Assembly (NCBI RefSeq): GCF_009914755.1
Contig: NC_060948.1
DNA length: 64,000 nt
Direction: 5' to 3' (one strand)
Origin: the human T2T-CHM13v2.0 reference genome, Homo sapiens
Of this stretch, positions 37,427 to 51,722 are shown one piece after another. Each line of letters begins with the position of its first letter. The first letter of the stretch is position 1. The position numbers and the translations under genes are program-made. Under the pieces are notes generated by a model. That model saw only the letters and a list, made by a program, of their open reading frames with translations, did no database searches and was not told the DNA's origin.

Positions 37427-40400
37427 TTGAATGGAATAGAACAGAATGGAATCAAATCGAATGAAATGGAATGGAATAGAAAGGAATGGAATGAAATGGA
37501 ATGGAAAGGATTCGAATGGAATGCAATCGAATGGAATGGAATCGAACGGAATGGAATAAAATGGAAGAAAACTGGCAAGAAATGGAATCGAAATGAATGG
37601 AGTGTTATGGAACGGACTCAAAAGGAATTGAATGTAATAGAATGGAGTGGAGTGGACTCGAATATAATGGACTGGAATGGAATGAAATCACATGGAATGG
37701 GAACGAATGGAATGGAATGGAAAGGAATGGAATCGAATGGAAAGGAATCGAATGGAAGGGAATGAAATTGAATCAACAGGAATGGAAGGGAATAGAATAG
37801 ACGGTAATGGAATGGACTCGAATAGAATGGACACGAATGCTCAAATTGAATGGACTCGAATGGAATGGAAACGAAAGGAATGTCATCGAATGGAATTGAA
37901 TCGATTGGAATGAAATCGCATAGAATGGAGTGGAATCAAATGGAATTGAATCGAAAGGAAAGGAAGCGAATGGACTGAAATGAAATGGAATGGAATTGAA
38001 TGGAAAGTAATGCAATGGAATAGAATGGAACGAAATTTCACGGAATGGAATCAAACTGAATGGAATCAAATCAATGGAATCAAATCAAATGGAATGGAAA
38101 GGAATTGAATGGAGTAGATTGGATTGGATGGGATTGGAATGAAATGTACTGGAAAGGACTCGAATTTCATGAAACGGAATGGAATGAATTGGAACGGAAT
38201 GGACTCGAATGGAATGGAATGTCATGGAATGGCATCAAATGGAATGGCATCAAATGGAATGGAATCGAATGCAATGGAATGCTATGGAATGGAATGGAAT
38301 GCATTGGAATGGAATGTCCTCTAATGGAATGGATTCGAGTGGAATGGAATCGAATATAATGGAGTCGAATGAAATGGAATTGAAAGGAATGGGATCGAAT
38401 ACAATGGAATATACTGGAATGTAATGTAATGAACTCGAATGTAATTGACTGGAATGGAATGTACATGAATGGAATGTAATCGAATGGAAAGTAATCCAAT
38501 GGAATAGAATCTAATGCAATAAAATCGACTCAGATAGAGTAGAATGTAATGGAATGGAGTGCAGTGCAATGGAATGGAATGGAATGGAATGCAATTGAAT
38601 GGAATGGAATGGAATGGAATGGAATGGAATGGAATGGGATGGAATGGTATGGAATGGATAGTAATGGACTGGAGTGAAATGGACTGGAAAGGAATGGACT
38701 CAAATTGAAAGGGCTCGAAAGGAATGGAGTCAAATGGAATGGTCTGGAATGGAATGAACACGAATGTAATGCAATCCAATAGAATGGAATCGAATGGCAT
38801 GGAATATAAAGAAATGGAATCGGAGAGAATGGAAACAAATGGAATGGAATTGAATGGAATGGAATTGAATGGAATGGGAACGAATGGAGTGAAATTGTAT
38901 GCAGTAGAAGGGAATAGAATGGAATGCAAGCGAAAGGAAAGGAATGGATTGGAATGGAATGGAATTCATTGGAATGGAAGGGAATGTAGTGTAATGGACA
39001 GGCCTGGAATAAAGTGGAATGCTACGGTCTCGAATGGAATAAAAATGTATGGAATGGAATGCAATGAAATGGAATCGAATGTCATAGAATGTAATGGAAT
39101 GCAACAAAATGGAATCCAAAATCATTGACTGGAAAGGCTGGGTGTCGAAAGGAATTGACTCCAATGGAATGGAATCGAATGGAATGGAAGTGAATAGAAT
39201 CGAACTAAATCGAATGGAATGGAATTGATAGGAACGGAATGGAAAGGAATGCAATGATTTGGCATGGAATGGAATCGAATGGCATCGAATGGAATGGAAT
39301 GGAATGCAATGGAATGGAATGTATTAGAATGTAATGAACTTTAATGGAATGTACTCGAATGGATTCGACTGGAATGGAATGTTCTGGAAGTGAATGGACT
39401 CCAATGGAATGGATTCCAAAGGAATGGAATCGTACGGAATGGAATCTAATGGAATGGAATTAAATGGAAATGAATCAAATTGAATAGCACGGAATTGAAT
39501 TGAATGGAATGGAATGCAATGGAATCTAATGAAACGGAAAGGAAAGGAATGGAATGGAATGGAATGGACTGGAATGGAAAGGAATCGAAACGAATGGAAT
39601 GGAATCGAACTGAAGAGACTGGAATGGAATGCACTGGAATGGAAGGGAGTGTAATGGAAGGTTCTCGAAAAAAATGGAATCGAATGGAATGGAATTGAAT
39701 GGAACGGAATAGAGTCGAATGGAATTGAATGGAATGGAATGGACTAGAGTGAAATGGAATCGAACCACAAGGAATGGACAGGAATAGAATGGTCTCGAAT
39801 TGAATGGAATCGTATGGAATGGCATCAAACGGAATGGAATGGACAGCCACGGAATGGAATGCACTCGAATGCAATGGAGTCGAAACTAATGGACTGGAAT
39901 AGAATGGACTCGACTGGTACGGACTCCAATGGAATGGAATCGAATGGAAGGGAATCGAACGGAATGGACTCGAAGGGAAAAGACTGCAATGGAAAGGTCT
40001 CGAATGGAATGGAAATTAATGGAATGGAATGGAATCGAATGAAATGGAGTCAAAAGGAATGGAATCGAATGGCAAGAAATCGAATGTAATGGAATCGCAA
40101 GGAATTGATGTGAACGGAACGGAATGGAATGGAATCCAAAGGAATGGAATAGAATGGAATGGAATCGAATGGAAAGGACTCGAATGGAAATCACTCGAAT
40201 AGAATGCAATTTAATAAAATAGGATCAAATGTAATGGAATGGAATGGAAAGGAATCGAAACGAAAGGAATGGAGACAGATGGAATGGAATGGAACAGAGA
40301 GCAATGGTATAGAATGGAATGGAATCATCTGGAATGGAATTGAATGGAATGGAATAATATGAAATGGAATGGAATGGAATGGAATGGAATGGAATGCCCT

Positions 40401-40995
40401 TGAATTAAATGGACTGGAATGGAATGGACTCGAACAGAGTGGAATGGAAAGTGTTGAGATAGAATGGAATGGACTCCTTTGGAATGGTGTAGTATGCAAT
40501 GCAATCGACTGGCAGGGAATCAAAAGGAATGTAATGGAATGGACTGGACTGGAATGCAATGGACTCGAATAGATTGGAAACGGAATGCAAAGAAATGGAA
40601 TGGAATAGTATGGAATGGAATGGAAAGGAATGGAGTGGAATAGACTAGAGTGGAATGGAATGGACTGGAAAGCAATGGACTGGAATGGAACTTTCTTGAA
40701 TCGACTGGAATCAAACGGAATGGAATGCAATGCAATCAAATGGCATGGAATAAAATAGAATGAAAGAGAATCAAATGGAATTGAATCGAATGGAATCGAA
40801 TGGATTGGAAAGGAATAGAATGGAATGGAATGGAATGGACTCAAATGGAATGGACTAGAATGGAATGGATTCGAATGGAAGGCAAAGGAATGGAATCTAT
40901 TGGAATGGACTGTAATGGAATGGAATGGAAGGGATTGGAATGGACTCGAATGGAATGGACTGCAATAGAAAGGATTCGAATGGAATGAAAAAGAA
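37427..40995 (+). repeat. DYZ1 unit U12 (3569 bp)
   Basis: Anchor spacing. Confidence 0.9.
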
Positions 40996-43900
40996 TTGAA
41001 TGGAATAGAACAGAATGGAATCAAATCGAATGAAATGGAATGGAATAGAAAGGAATGGAATGAAATGGAATGGAAAGGATTCGAATGGAATGCAATCGAA
41101 TGGAATGGAATCGAACGGAATGGAATAAAATGGAAGAAAACTGGCAAGAAATGGAATCGAAATGAATGGAGTGTTATGGAACGGACTCAAAAGGAATTGA
41201 ATGTAATAGAATGGAGTGGAGTGGACTCGAATATAATGGACTGGAATGGAATGAAATCACATGGAATGGGAACGAATGGAATGGAATGGAAAGGAATGGA
41301 ATCGAATGGAAAGGAATCGAATGGAAGGGAATGAAATTGAATCAACAGGAATGGAAGGGAATAGAATAGACGGTAATGGAATGGACTCGAATAGAATGGA
41401 CACGAATGCTCAAATTGAATGGACTCGAATGGAATGGAAACGAAAGGAATGTCATCGAATGGAATTGAATCGATTGGAATGAAATCGCATAGAATGGAGT
41501 GGAATCAAATGGAATTGAATCGAAAGGAAAGGAAGCGAATGGACTGAAATGAAATGGAATGGAATTGAATGGAAAGTAATGCAATGGAATAGAATGGAAC
41601 GAAATTTCACGGAATGGAATCAAACTGAATGGAATCAAATCAATGGAATCAAATCAAATGGAATGGAAAGGAATTGAATGGAGTAGATTGGATTGGATGG
41701 GATTGGAATGAAATGTACTGGAAAGGACTCGAATTTCATGAAACGGAATGGAATGAATTGGAACGGAATGGACTCGAATGGAATGGAATGTCATGGAATG
41801 GCATCAAATGGAATGGCATCAAATGGAATAGAATCGAATGCAATGGAATGCTATGGAATGGAATGGAATGCATTGGAATGGAATGTCCTCTAATGGAATG
41901 GATTCGAGTGGAATGGAATCGAATATAATGGAGTCGAATGAAATGGAATTGAAAGGAATGGGATCGAATACAATGGAATATACTGGAATGTAATGTAATG
42001 AACTCGAATGTAATTGACTGGAATGGAATGTACATGAATGGAATGTAATCGAATGGAAAGTAATCCAATGGAATAGAATCTAATGCAATAAAATCGACTC
42101 AGATAGAGTAGAATGTAATGGAATGGAATGGAATGGAATGCAATGGAATGGAATGGAATGGAATGGAATGCAATGGAATGGAATGGAATGGAATGGAATG
42201 GAATGGAATGGAATGGAATGGAATGGGATGGAATGGTATGGAATGGATAGTAATGGACTGGAGTGAAATGGACTGGAAAGGAATGGACTCAAATTGAAAG
42301 GGCTCGAAAGGAATGGAGTCAAATGGAATGGTCTGGAATGGAATGAACACGAATGTAATGCAATCCAATAGAATGGAATCGAATGGCATGGAATATAAAG
42401 AAATGGAATCGGAGAGAATGGAAACAAATGGAATGGAATTGAATGGAATGGAATTGAATGGAATGGGAACGAATGGAGTGAAATTGTATGCAGTAGAAGG
42501 GAATAGAATGGAATGCAAGCGAAAGGAAAGGAATGGATTGGAATGGAATGGAATTCATTGGAATGGAAGGGAATGTAGTGTAATGGACAGGCCTGGAATA
42601 AAGTGGAATGCTACGGTCTCGAATGGAATAAAAATGTATGGAATGGAATGCAATGAAATGGAATCGAATGTCATAGAATGTAATGGAATGCAACAAAATG
42701 GAATCCAAAATCATTGACTGGAAAGGCTGGGTGTCGAAAGGAATTGACTCCAATGGAATGGAATCGAATGGAATGGAAGTGAATAGAATCGAACTAAATC
42801 GAATGGAATGGAATTGATAGGAACGGAATGGAAAGGAATGCAATGATTTGGCATGGAATGGAATCGAATGGCATCGAATGGAATGGAATGGAATGCAATG
42901 GAATGGAATGTATTAGAATGTAATGAACTTTAATGGAATGTACTCGAATGGATTCGACTGGAATGGAATGTTCTGGAAGTGAATGGACTCCAATGGAATA
43001 GATTCCAAAGGAATGGAATCGTACGGAATGGAATCTAATGGAATGGAATTAAATGGAAATGAATCAAATTGAATAGCACGGAATTGAATTGAATGGAATG
43101 GAATGCAATGGAATCTAATGAAACGGAATGGAAAGGAATGGAATGGAATGGAATGGGCTGGAATGGAAAGGAATCGAAACGAATGGAATGGAATCGAACT
43201 GAAGAGACTGGAATGGAATGCACTGGAATGGAAGGGAGTGTAATGGAAGGTTCTCGAAAAAAATGGAATCGAATGGAATGGAATTGAATGGAACGGAATA
43301 GAGTCGAATGGAATTGAATGGAATGGAATGGACTAGAGTGATATGGAATCGAACCACAAGGAATGGAGAGGAATAGAATGGTCTCGAATTGAATGGAATC
43401 GTATGGAGTGGCATCAAACGGAATGGAATGGACAGCCACGGAATGGAATGCACTCGAATGCAATGGAGTCGAAACTAATGGACTGGAATAGAATGGACTC
43501 GACTGGTACGGACTCCAATGGAATGGAATCGAATGGAAGGGAATCGAACGGAATGGACTCGAAGGGAAAAGACTGCAATGGAAAGGTCTCGAATGGAATG
43601 GAAATTAATGGAATGGAATGGAATCGAATGAAATGGAGTCAAAAGGAATGGAATCGAATGGCAACAAATCGAATGTAATGGAATCGCAAGGAATTGACGT
43701 GAAAGGAACGGAATGGAATGGAATCCAAAGGAATGGAATAGAATGGAATGGAATCGAATGGAAAGGACTCGAATGGAAATCACTCGAATAGAATGCAATT
43801 TAATAAAATAGGATCAAATGTAATGGAATGGAATGGAAAGGAATCGAAACGAAAGGAATGGAGACAGATGGAATGGAATGGAACAGAGAGCAATGGTATA

Positions 43901-44579
43901 GAATGGAATGGAATCATCTGGAATGGAATTGAATGGAATGGAATAATATGAAATGGAATGGAATGGAATGGAATGGAATGCCCTTGAATTAAATGGACTG
44001 GAATGGAATGGACTCGAACAGAGTGGAATGGAAAGTGTTGAGATAGAATGGAATGGACTCCTTTGGAATGGTGTAGTATGCAATGCAATCGACTGGCAGG
44101 GAATCAAAAGGAATGTAATGGAATGGACTGGACTGGAATGCAATGGACTCGAATAGATTGGAAACGGAATGCAAAGAAATGGAATGGAATAGTATGGAAT
44201 GGAATGGAAAGGAATGGAGTGGAATAGACTAGAGTGGAATGGAATGGACTGGAAAGCAATGGACTGGAATGGAACTTTCTTGAATGGACTGGAATCAAAC
44301 GGAATGGAATGCAATGCAATCAAATGGCATGGAATAAAATAGAATGAAAGAGAATCAAATGGAATTGAATCGAATGGAATCGAATGGATTGGAAAGGAAT
44401 AGAATGGAATGGAATGGAATGGACTCAAATGGAATGGACTAGAATGGAATGGATTCGAATGGAAGGCAAAGGAATGGAATCTACTGGAATGGACTGTAAT
44501 GGAATGGAATGGAAGGGATTGGAATGGACTCGAATGGAATGGACTGCAATAGAAAGGATTCGAATGGAATGAAAAAGAA
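40996..44579 (+). repeat. DYZ1 unit U13 (3584 bp)
   Basis: Anchor spacing; expanded near-pure GGAAT tract at ~42117-42225. Confidence 0.9.
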
Positions 44580-47500
44580 TTGAATGGAATAGAACAGAAT
44601 GGAATCAAATCGAATGAAATGGAATGGAATAGAAAGGAATGGAATGAAATGGAATGGAAAGGATTCGAATGGAATGCAATCGAATGGAATGGAATCGAAC
44701 GGAATGGAATAAAATGGAAGAAAACTGGCAAGAAATGGAATCGAAATGAATGGAGTGTTATGGAACGGACTCAAAAGGAATTGAATGTAATAGAATGGAG
44801 TGGAGTGGACTCGAATATAATGGACTGGAACGGAATGAAATCACATGGAATGGGAACGAATGGAATGGAATGGAAAGGAATGGAATCGAATGGAAAGGAA
44901 TCGAATGGAAGGGAATGAAATTGAATAAACAGGAATGGAAGGGAATAGAATAGACGGTAATGGAATGGACTCGAATAGAATGGACACGAATGCTCAAATT
45001 AAATGGACTCGAATGGAATGGAAACGAAAGGAATGTCATCGAATGGAATTGAATCGATTGGAATGAAATCGCATAGAATGGAGTGGAATCAAATGGAATT
45101 GAATCGAAAGGAAAGGAAGCGAATGGACTGAAATGAAATGGAATGGAATTGAATGGAAAGTAATGCAATGGAATAGAATGGAACGAAATTTCACGGAATG
45201 GAATCAAACTGAATGGAATCAAATCAATGGAATCAAATCAAATGGAATGGAAAGGAATTGAATGGAGTAGATTGGATTGGATGGGATTGGAATGAAATGT
45301 ACTGGAAAGGACTCGAATTTCATGAAACGGAATGGAATGAATTGGAACGGAATGGACTCGAATGGAATGGAATGTCATGGAATGGCATCAAATGGAATGG
45401 CATCAAATGGAATGGAATCGAATGCAATGGAATGCTATGGAATGGAATGGAATGCATTGGAATGGAATGTCCTCTAATGGAATGGATTCGAGTGGAATGG
45501 AATCGAATATAATGGAGTCGAATGAAATGGAATTGAAAGGAATGGGATCGAATACAATGGAATATACTGGAATGTAATGTAATGAACTCGAATGTAATTG
45601 ACTGGAATGGAATGTACATGAATGGAATGTAATCGAATGGAAAGTAATCCAATGGAATAGAATCTAATGCAATAAAACCGACTCAGATAGAGTAGAATGT
45701 AATGGAATGGAGTGCAGTGCAATGGAAGGGAATGGAATTGAATGCAATGGAATGGAATGGAATGGAATGGAATGGAATGGAATGGAATGGGATGGAATGG
45801 TATGGAATGGATAGTAATGGACTGGAGTGAAATGGACTGGAAAGGAATGGACTCAAATTGAAAGGGCTCGAAAGGAATGGAGTCAAATGGAATGGTCTGG
45901 AATGGAATGAACACGAATGTAATGCAATCCAATAGAATGGAATCGAATGGCATGGAATATAAAGAAATGGAATCGAAGAGAATGGAAACAAATGGAATGG
46001 AATTGAATGGAATGGAATTGAATGGAATGGGAACGAATGGAGTGAAATTGTATGCAGTAGAAGGGAATAGAATGGAATGCAAGCGAAAGGAAAGGAATGG
46101 ATTGGAATGGAATGGAATTCATTGGAATGGAAGGGAATGTAGTGTAATGGACAGGCCTGGAATAAAGTGGAATGCTACGGTCTCGAATGGAATAAAAATG
46201 TATGGAATGGAATGCAATGAAACGGAATCGAATGTCATAGAATGTAATGGAATGCAAAAAAATGGAATCCAAAATCATTGACTGGAAAGGCTGGGTGTCG
46301 AAAGGAATTGACTCCAATGGAATGGAATCGAATGGAATGGAAGTGAATAGAATCGAACTAAATCGAATGGAATGGAATTGATAGGAACGGAATGGAAAGG
46401 AATGCAATGATTTGGCATGGAATGGAATCGAATGGCATCGAATGGAATGGAATGGAATGCAATGGAATGGAATGTATTAGAATGTAATGAACTTTAATGG
46501 AATGTACTCGAATGGATTCGACTGGAATGGAATGTTCTGGAAGTGAATGGACTCCAATGGAATGGATTCAAAAGGAATGGAATCGTACGGAATGGAATCT
46601 AATGGAATGGAATTAAATGGAAATGAATCAAATTGAATAGCACGGAATTGAATTGAATGGAATGGAATGCAATGGAATCTAATGAAACGGAAAGGAAAGG
46701 AATGGAATGGAATGGAATGGACTGGAATGGAAAGGAATCGAAACGAATGGAATGGAATCGAACTGAAGAGACTGGAATGGAATGCACTGGAATGGAAGGG
46801 AGTGTAATGGAAGGTTCTCGAAAAAAATGGAATCGAATGGAATGGAATTGAATGGAACGGAATAGAGTCGAATGGAATTGAATGGAATGGAATGGACTAG
46901 AGTGAAATGGAATCGAACCACAAGGAATGGACATGAATAGAATGGAATCGAATTGAATGGAATCGTATGGAATGGCATCAAACGGAATGGAATGGACAGC
47001 CACGGAATGGAATGCACTCGAATGCAATGGAGTCGAAACTAATGGACTGGAATAGAATGGACTCGACTGGTACGGACTCCAATGGAATGGAATCGAATGG
47101 AAGGGAATCGAACGGAATGGACTCGAAGGGAAAAGACTGCAATGGAAAGGTCTCGAATGGAATGGAAATTAATGGAATGGAATGGAATCGAATGAAATGG
47201 AGTCAAAAGGAATGGAATCGTATGGCAAGAAATCGAATGTAATGGAATCACAAGGAATTGATGTGAACGGAACGGAATGGAATGGAATCCAAAGGAATGG
47301 AATAGAATGGAATGGAATCGAATGGAAAGGACTCGAATGGAAATCACTCGAATAGAATGCAATTTAATAAAATAGGATCAAATGTAATGGAATGGAATGG
47401 AAAGGAATCGAAACGAAAGGAATGGAGACAGATGGAATGGAATAGAACAGAGAGCAATGGTATGGAATGGAATGGAATCATCTAGAATGGAACTGAATGG

Positions 47501-48163
47501 AATGGAATAATATGAAATGGAATGGAATGGAATGGAATGGAATGCCCTTGAATTAAATGGACTGGAATGGAATGGACTCGAACAGAGTGGAATGGAAAGT
47601 GTTGAGATAGAATGGAATGGACTCCTTTGGAATGGTCTAGTATGCAATGCAATCGACTGGCAGGGAATCAAAAGGAATGTAATGGAATGGACTGGACTGG
47701 AATGCAATGGACTCGAATAGATTGGAAACGGAATGTAAAGAAATGGAATGGAATAGTATGAAATGGAATGGAATAGTTTGGAATGGAATGGAAAGGAATG
47801 GAGTGGAATAGACTAGAGTGGAATGGAATGGACTGGAAAGCAATGGACTGGAATGGAACTTTCTTGAATGGACTGGAATCAAACGGAATGGAATGCAATG
47901 CAATCAAATGGCATGGAATAAAATAGAATGAAAGAGAATCAAATGGAATTGAATCGAATGGAATCGAATGGATTGGAAAGGAATAGAATGGAATGGAATG
48001 GAATTGACTCAAATGGAATGGACTAGAATGGAATGGATTCGAATGGAAGGCAAAGGAATGGAATCTATTGGAATGGACTGTAATGGAATGGAATGGAAGG
48101 GATTGGAATGGACTCGAATGGAATGGACTGCAATAGAAAGGATTCGAATGGAATGAAAAAGAA
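44580..48163 (+). repeat. DYZ1 unit U14 (3584 bp)
   Basis: Anchor spacing; 20 bp duplication at 47741-47780. Confidence 0.9.
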
Positions 48164-51100
48164 TTGAATGGAATAGAACAGAATGGAATCAAATCGAATG
48201 AAATGGAATGGAATAGAAAGGAATGGAATGAAATGGAATGGAAAGGATTCGAATGGAATGCAATCGAATGGAATGGAATCGAACGGAATGGAATAAAATG
48301 GAAGAAAACTGGCAAGAAATGGAATCGAAATGAATGGAGTGTTATGGAACGGACTCAAAAGGAATTGAATGTAATAGAATGGAGTGGAGTGGACTCGAAT
48401 ATAATGGACTGGAATGGAATGAAATCACATGGAATGGGAACGAATGGAATGGAATGGAAAGGAATGGAATCGAATGGAAAGGAATCGAATGGAAGGGAAT
48501 GAAATTGAATCAACAGGAATGGAAGGGAATAGAATAGACGGTAATGGAATGGACTCGAATAGAATGGACACGAATGCTCAAATTGAATGGACTCGAATGG
48601 AATGGAAACGAAAGGAATGTCATCGAATGGAATTGAATCGATTGGAATGAAATCGCATAGAATGGAGTGGAATCAAATGGAATTGAATCGAAAGGAAAGG
48701 AAGCGAATGGACTGAAATGAAATGGAATGGAATTGAATGGAAAGTAATGCAATGGAATAGAATGGAACTAAATTTCACGGAATGGAATCAAACTGAATGG
48801 AATCAAATCAATGGAATCAAATCAAATGGAATGGAAAGGAATTGAATGGAGTAGATTGGATTGGATGGGATTGGAATGAAATGTACTGGAAAGGACTCGA
48901 ATTTCATGAAACGGAATGGAATGAATTGGAACGGAATGGACTGGAATGGAATGGAATGTCATGGAATGGCATCAAATGGAATGGCATCAAATGGAATAGA
49001 ATCGAATGCAATGGAATGCTATGGAATGGAATGGAATGCATTGGAATGGAATGTCCTCTAATGGAATGGATTCGAGTGGAATGGAATCGAATATAATGGA
49101 GTCGAATGAAATGGAATTGAAAGGAATGGGATCGAATACAATGGAATATACTGGAATGTAACGTAATGAACTCGAATGTAATTGACTGGAATGGAATGTA
49201 CATGAATGGAATGTAATCGAATGGAAAGTAATCCAATGGAATAGAATCTAATGCAATAAAATCGACTCAGATAGAGTAGAATGTAATGGAATGGAGTGCA
49301 GTGCAATGGAATGGAATGGAATGGAATGCAATTGAATGGAATGGAATGGAATGGAATGGAATGGAATGGGATGGAATGGTATGGAATGGATAGTAATGGA
49401 CTGGAGTGAAATGGACTGGAAAGGAATGGACTCAAATTGAAAGGGCTCAAAAGGAATGGAGTCAAATGGAATGGTCTGGAATGGAATGAACACGAATGTA
49501 ATGCAATCCAAAAGAATGGAATCGAATGGCATGGAATATAAAGAAATGGAATCGGAGAGAATGGAAACAAATGGAATGGAATTGAATGGAATGGAATTGA
49601 ATGGAATGGGAACGAATGGAGTGAAATTGTATGCAGTAGAAAGGAATAGAATGGAATGCAAGCGAAAGGAAAGGAATGGATTGGAATGGAATGGAATTCA
49701 TTGGAATGGAAGGGAATGTAGTGTAATGGACAGGCCTGGAATAAAGTGGAATGCTACGGTCTCGAATGGAATAAAAATGTATGGAATGGAATGCAATGAA
49801 ATGGAATCGAATGTCATAGAATGTAATGGAATGCAACAAAATGGAATCCAAAATCATTGACTGGAAATGCTGGGTGTCGAAAGGAATTGACTCCAATGGA
49901 ATGGAATCGAATGGAATGGAAGTGAATAGAATCGAACTAAATCGAATGGAATGGAATTGATAGGAACGGAATGGAAAGGAATGCAATGATTTGGCATGGA
50001 AGGGAATCGAATGGCATCGAATGGAATGGAATGGAATGCAATGGAATGGAATGTATTAGAATGTAATGAACTTTAATGGAATGTACTCGAATGGATTCGA
50101 CTGGAATGGAATGTTCTGGAAGTGAATGGACTCCAATGGAATAGATTCCAAAGGAATGGAATCGTACGGAATGGAATCTAATGGAATGGAATTAAATGGA
50201 AATGAATCAAATTGAATAGCACGGAATTGAATTGAATGGAATGGAATGCAATGGAATCTAATGAAACGGAAAGGAAAGGAATGGAATGGAATGGAATGGG
50301 CTGGAATGGAAAGGAATCGAAACGAATGGAATGGAATCGAACTGAAGAGACTGGAATGGAATGCACTGGAATGGAAGGGAGTGTAATGGAAGGTTCTCGA
50401 AAAAAATGGAATCGAATGGAATGGAATTGAATGGAACGGAATAGAGTCGAATGGAATTGAATGGAATGGAATGGACTAGAGTGATATGGAATCGAACCAC
50501 AAGGAATGGAGAGGAATAGAATGGTCTCGAATTGAATGGAATCGTATGGAGTGGCATCAAACGGAATGGAATGGACAGCCACGGAATGGAATGCACTCGA
50601 ATGCAATGGAGTCGAAACTAATGGACTGGAATAGAATGGACTCGACTGGTACGGACTCCAATGGAATGGAATCGAATGGAAGGGAATCGAACGGAATGGA
50701 CTCGAAGGGAAAAGACTGCAATGGAAAGGTCTCGAATGGAATGGAAATTAATGGAATGGAATGGAATCGAATGAAATGGAGTCAAAAGGAATGGAATCGA
50801 ATGGCAACAAATCGAATGTAATGGAATCGCAAGGAATTGACGTGAAAGGAACGGAATGGAATGGAATCCAAAGGAATGGAATAGAATGGAATGGAATCGA
50901 ATGGAAAGGACTCGAATGGAAATCACTCGAATAGAATGCAATTTAATAAAATAGGATCAAATGTAATGGAATGGAATGGAAAGGAATCGAAACGAAAGGA
51001 ATGGAGACAGATGGAATGGAATGGAACAGAGAGCAATGGTGTAGAATGGAATGGAATCATCTGGAATGGAATTGAATGGAATGGAATAATATGAAATGGA

Positions 51101-51722
51101 ATGGAATGGAATGGAATGGAATGCCCTTGAATTAAATGGACTGGAATGGAATGGACTCGAACAGAGTGGAATGGAAAGTGTTGAGATAGAATGGAATGGA
51201 CTCCTTTGGAATGGTGTAGTATGCAATGCAATCGACTGGCAGGGAATCAAAAGGAATGTAATGGAATGGACTGGACTGGAATGCAATGGACTCGAATAGA
51301 TTGGAAACGGAATGCAAAGAAATGGAATGGAATAGTATGGAATGGAATGGAAAGGAATGGAGTGGAATAGACTAGAGTGGAATGGAATGGACTGGAAAGC
51401 AATGGACTGGAATGGAACTTTCTTGAATGGACTGGAATCAAACGGAATGGAATGCAATGCAATCAAATGGCATGGAATAAAATAGAATGAAAGAGAATCA
51501 AATGGAATTGAATCGAATGGAATCGAATGGATTGGAAAGGAATAGAATGGAATGGAATGGAATGGACTCAAATGGAATGGACTAGAATGGAATGGATTCG
51601 AATGGAAGGCAAAGGAATGGAATCTATTGGAATGGACTGTAATGGAATGGAATGGAAGGGATTGGAATGGACTCGAATGGAATGGACTGCAATAGAAAGG
51701 ATTCGAATGGAATGAAAAAGAA
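48164..51722 (+). repeat. DYZ1 unit U15 (3559 bp)
   Basis: Anchor spacing. Confidence 0.9.
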
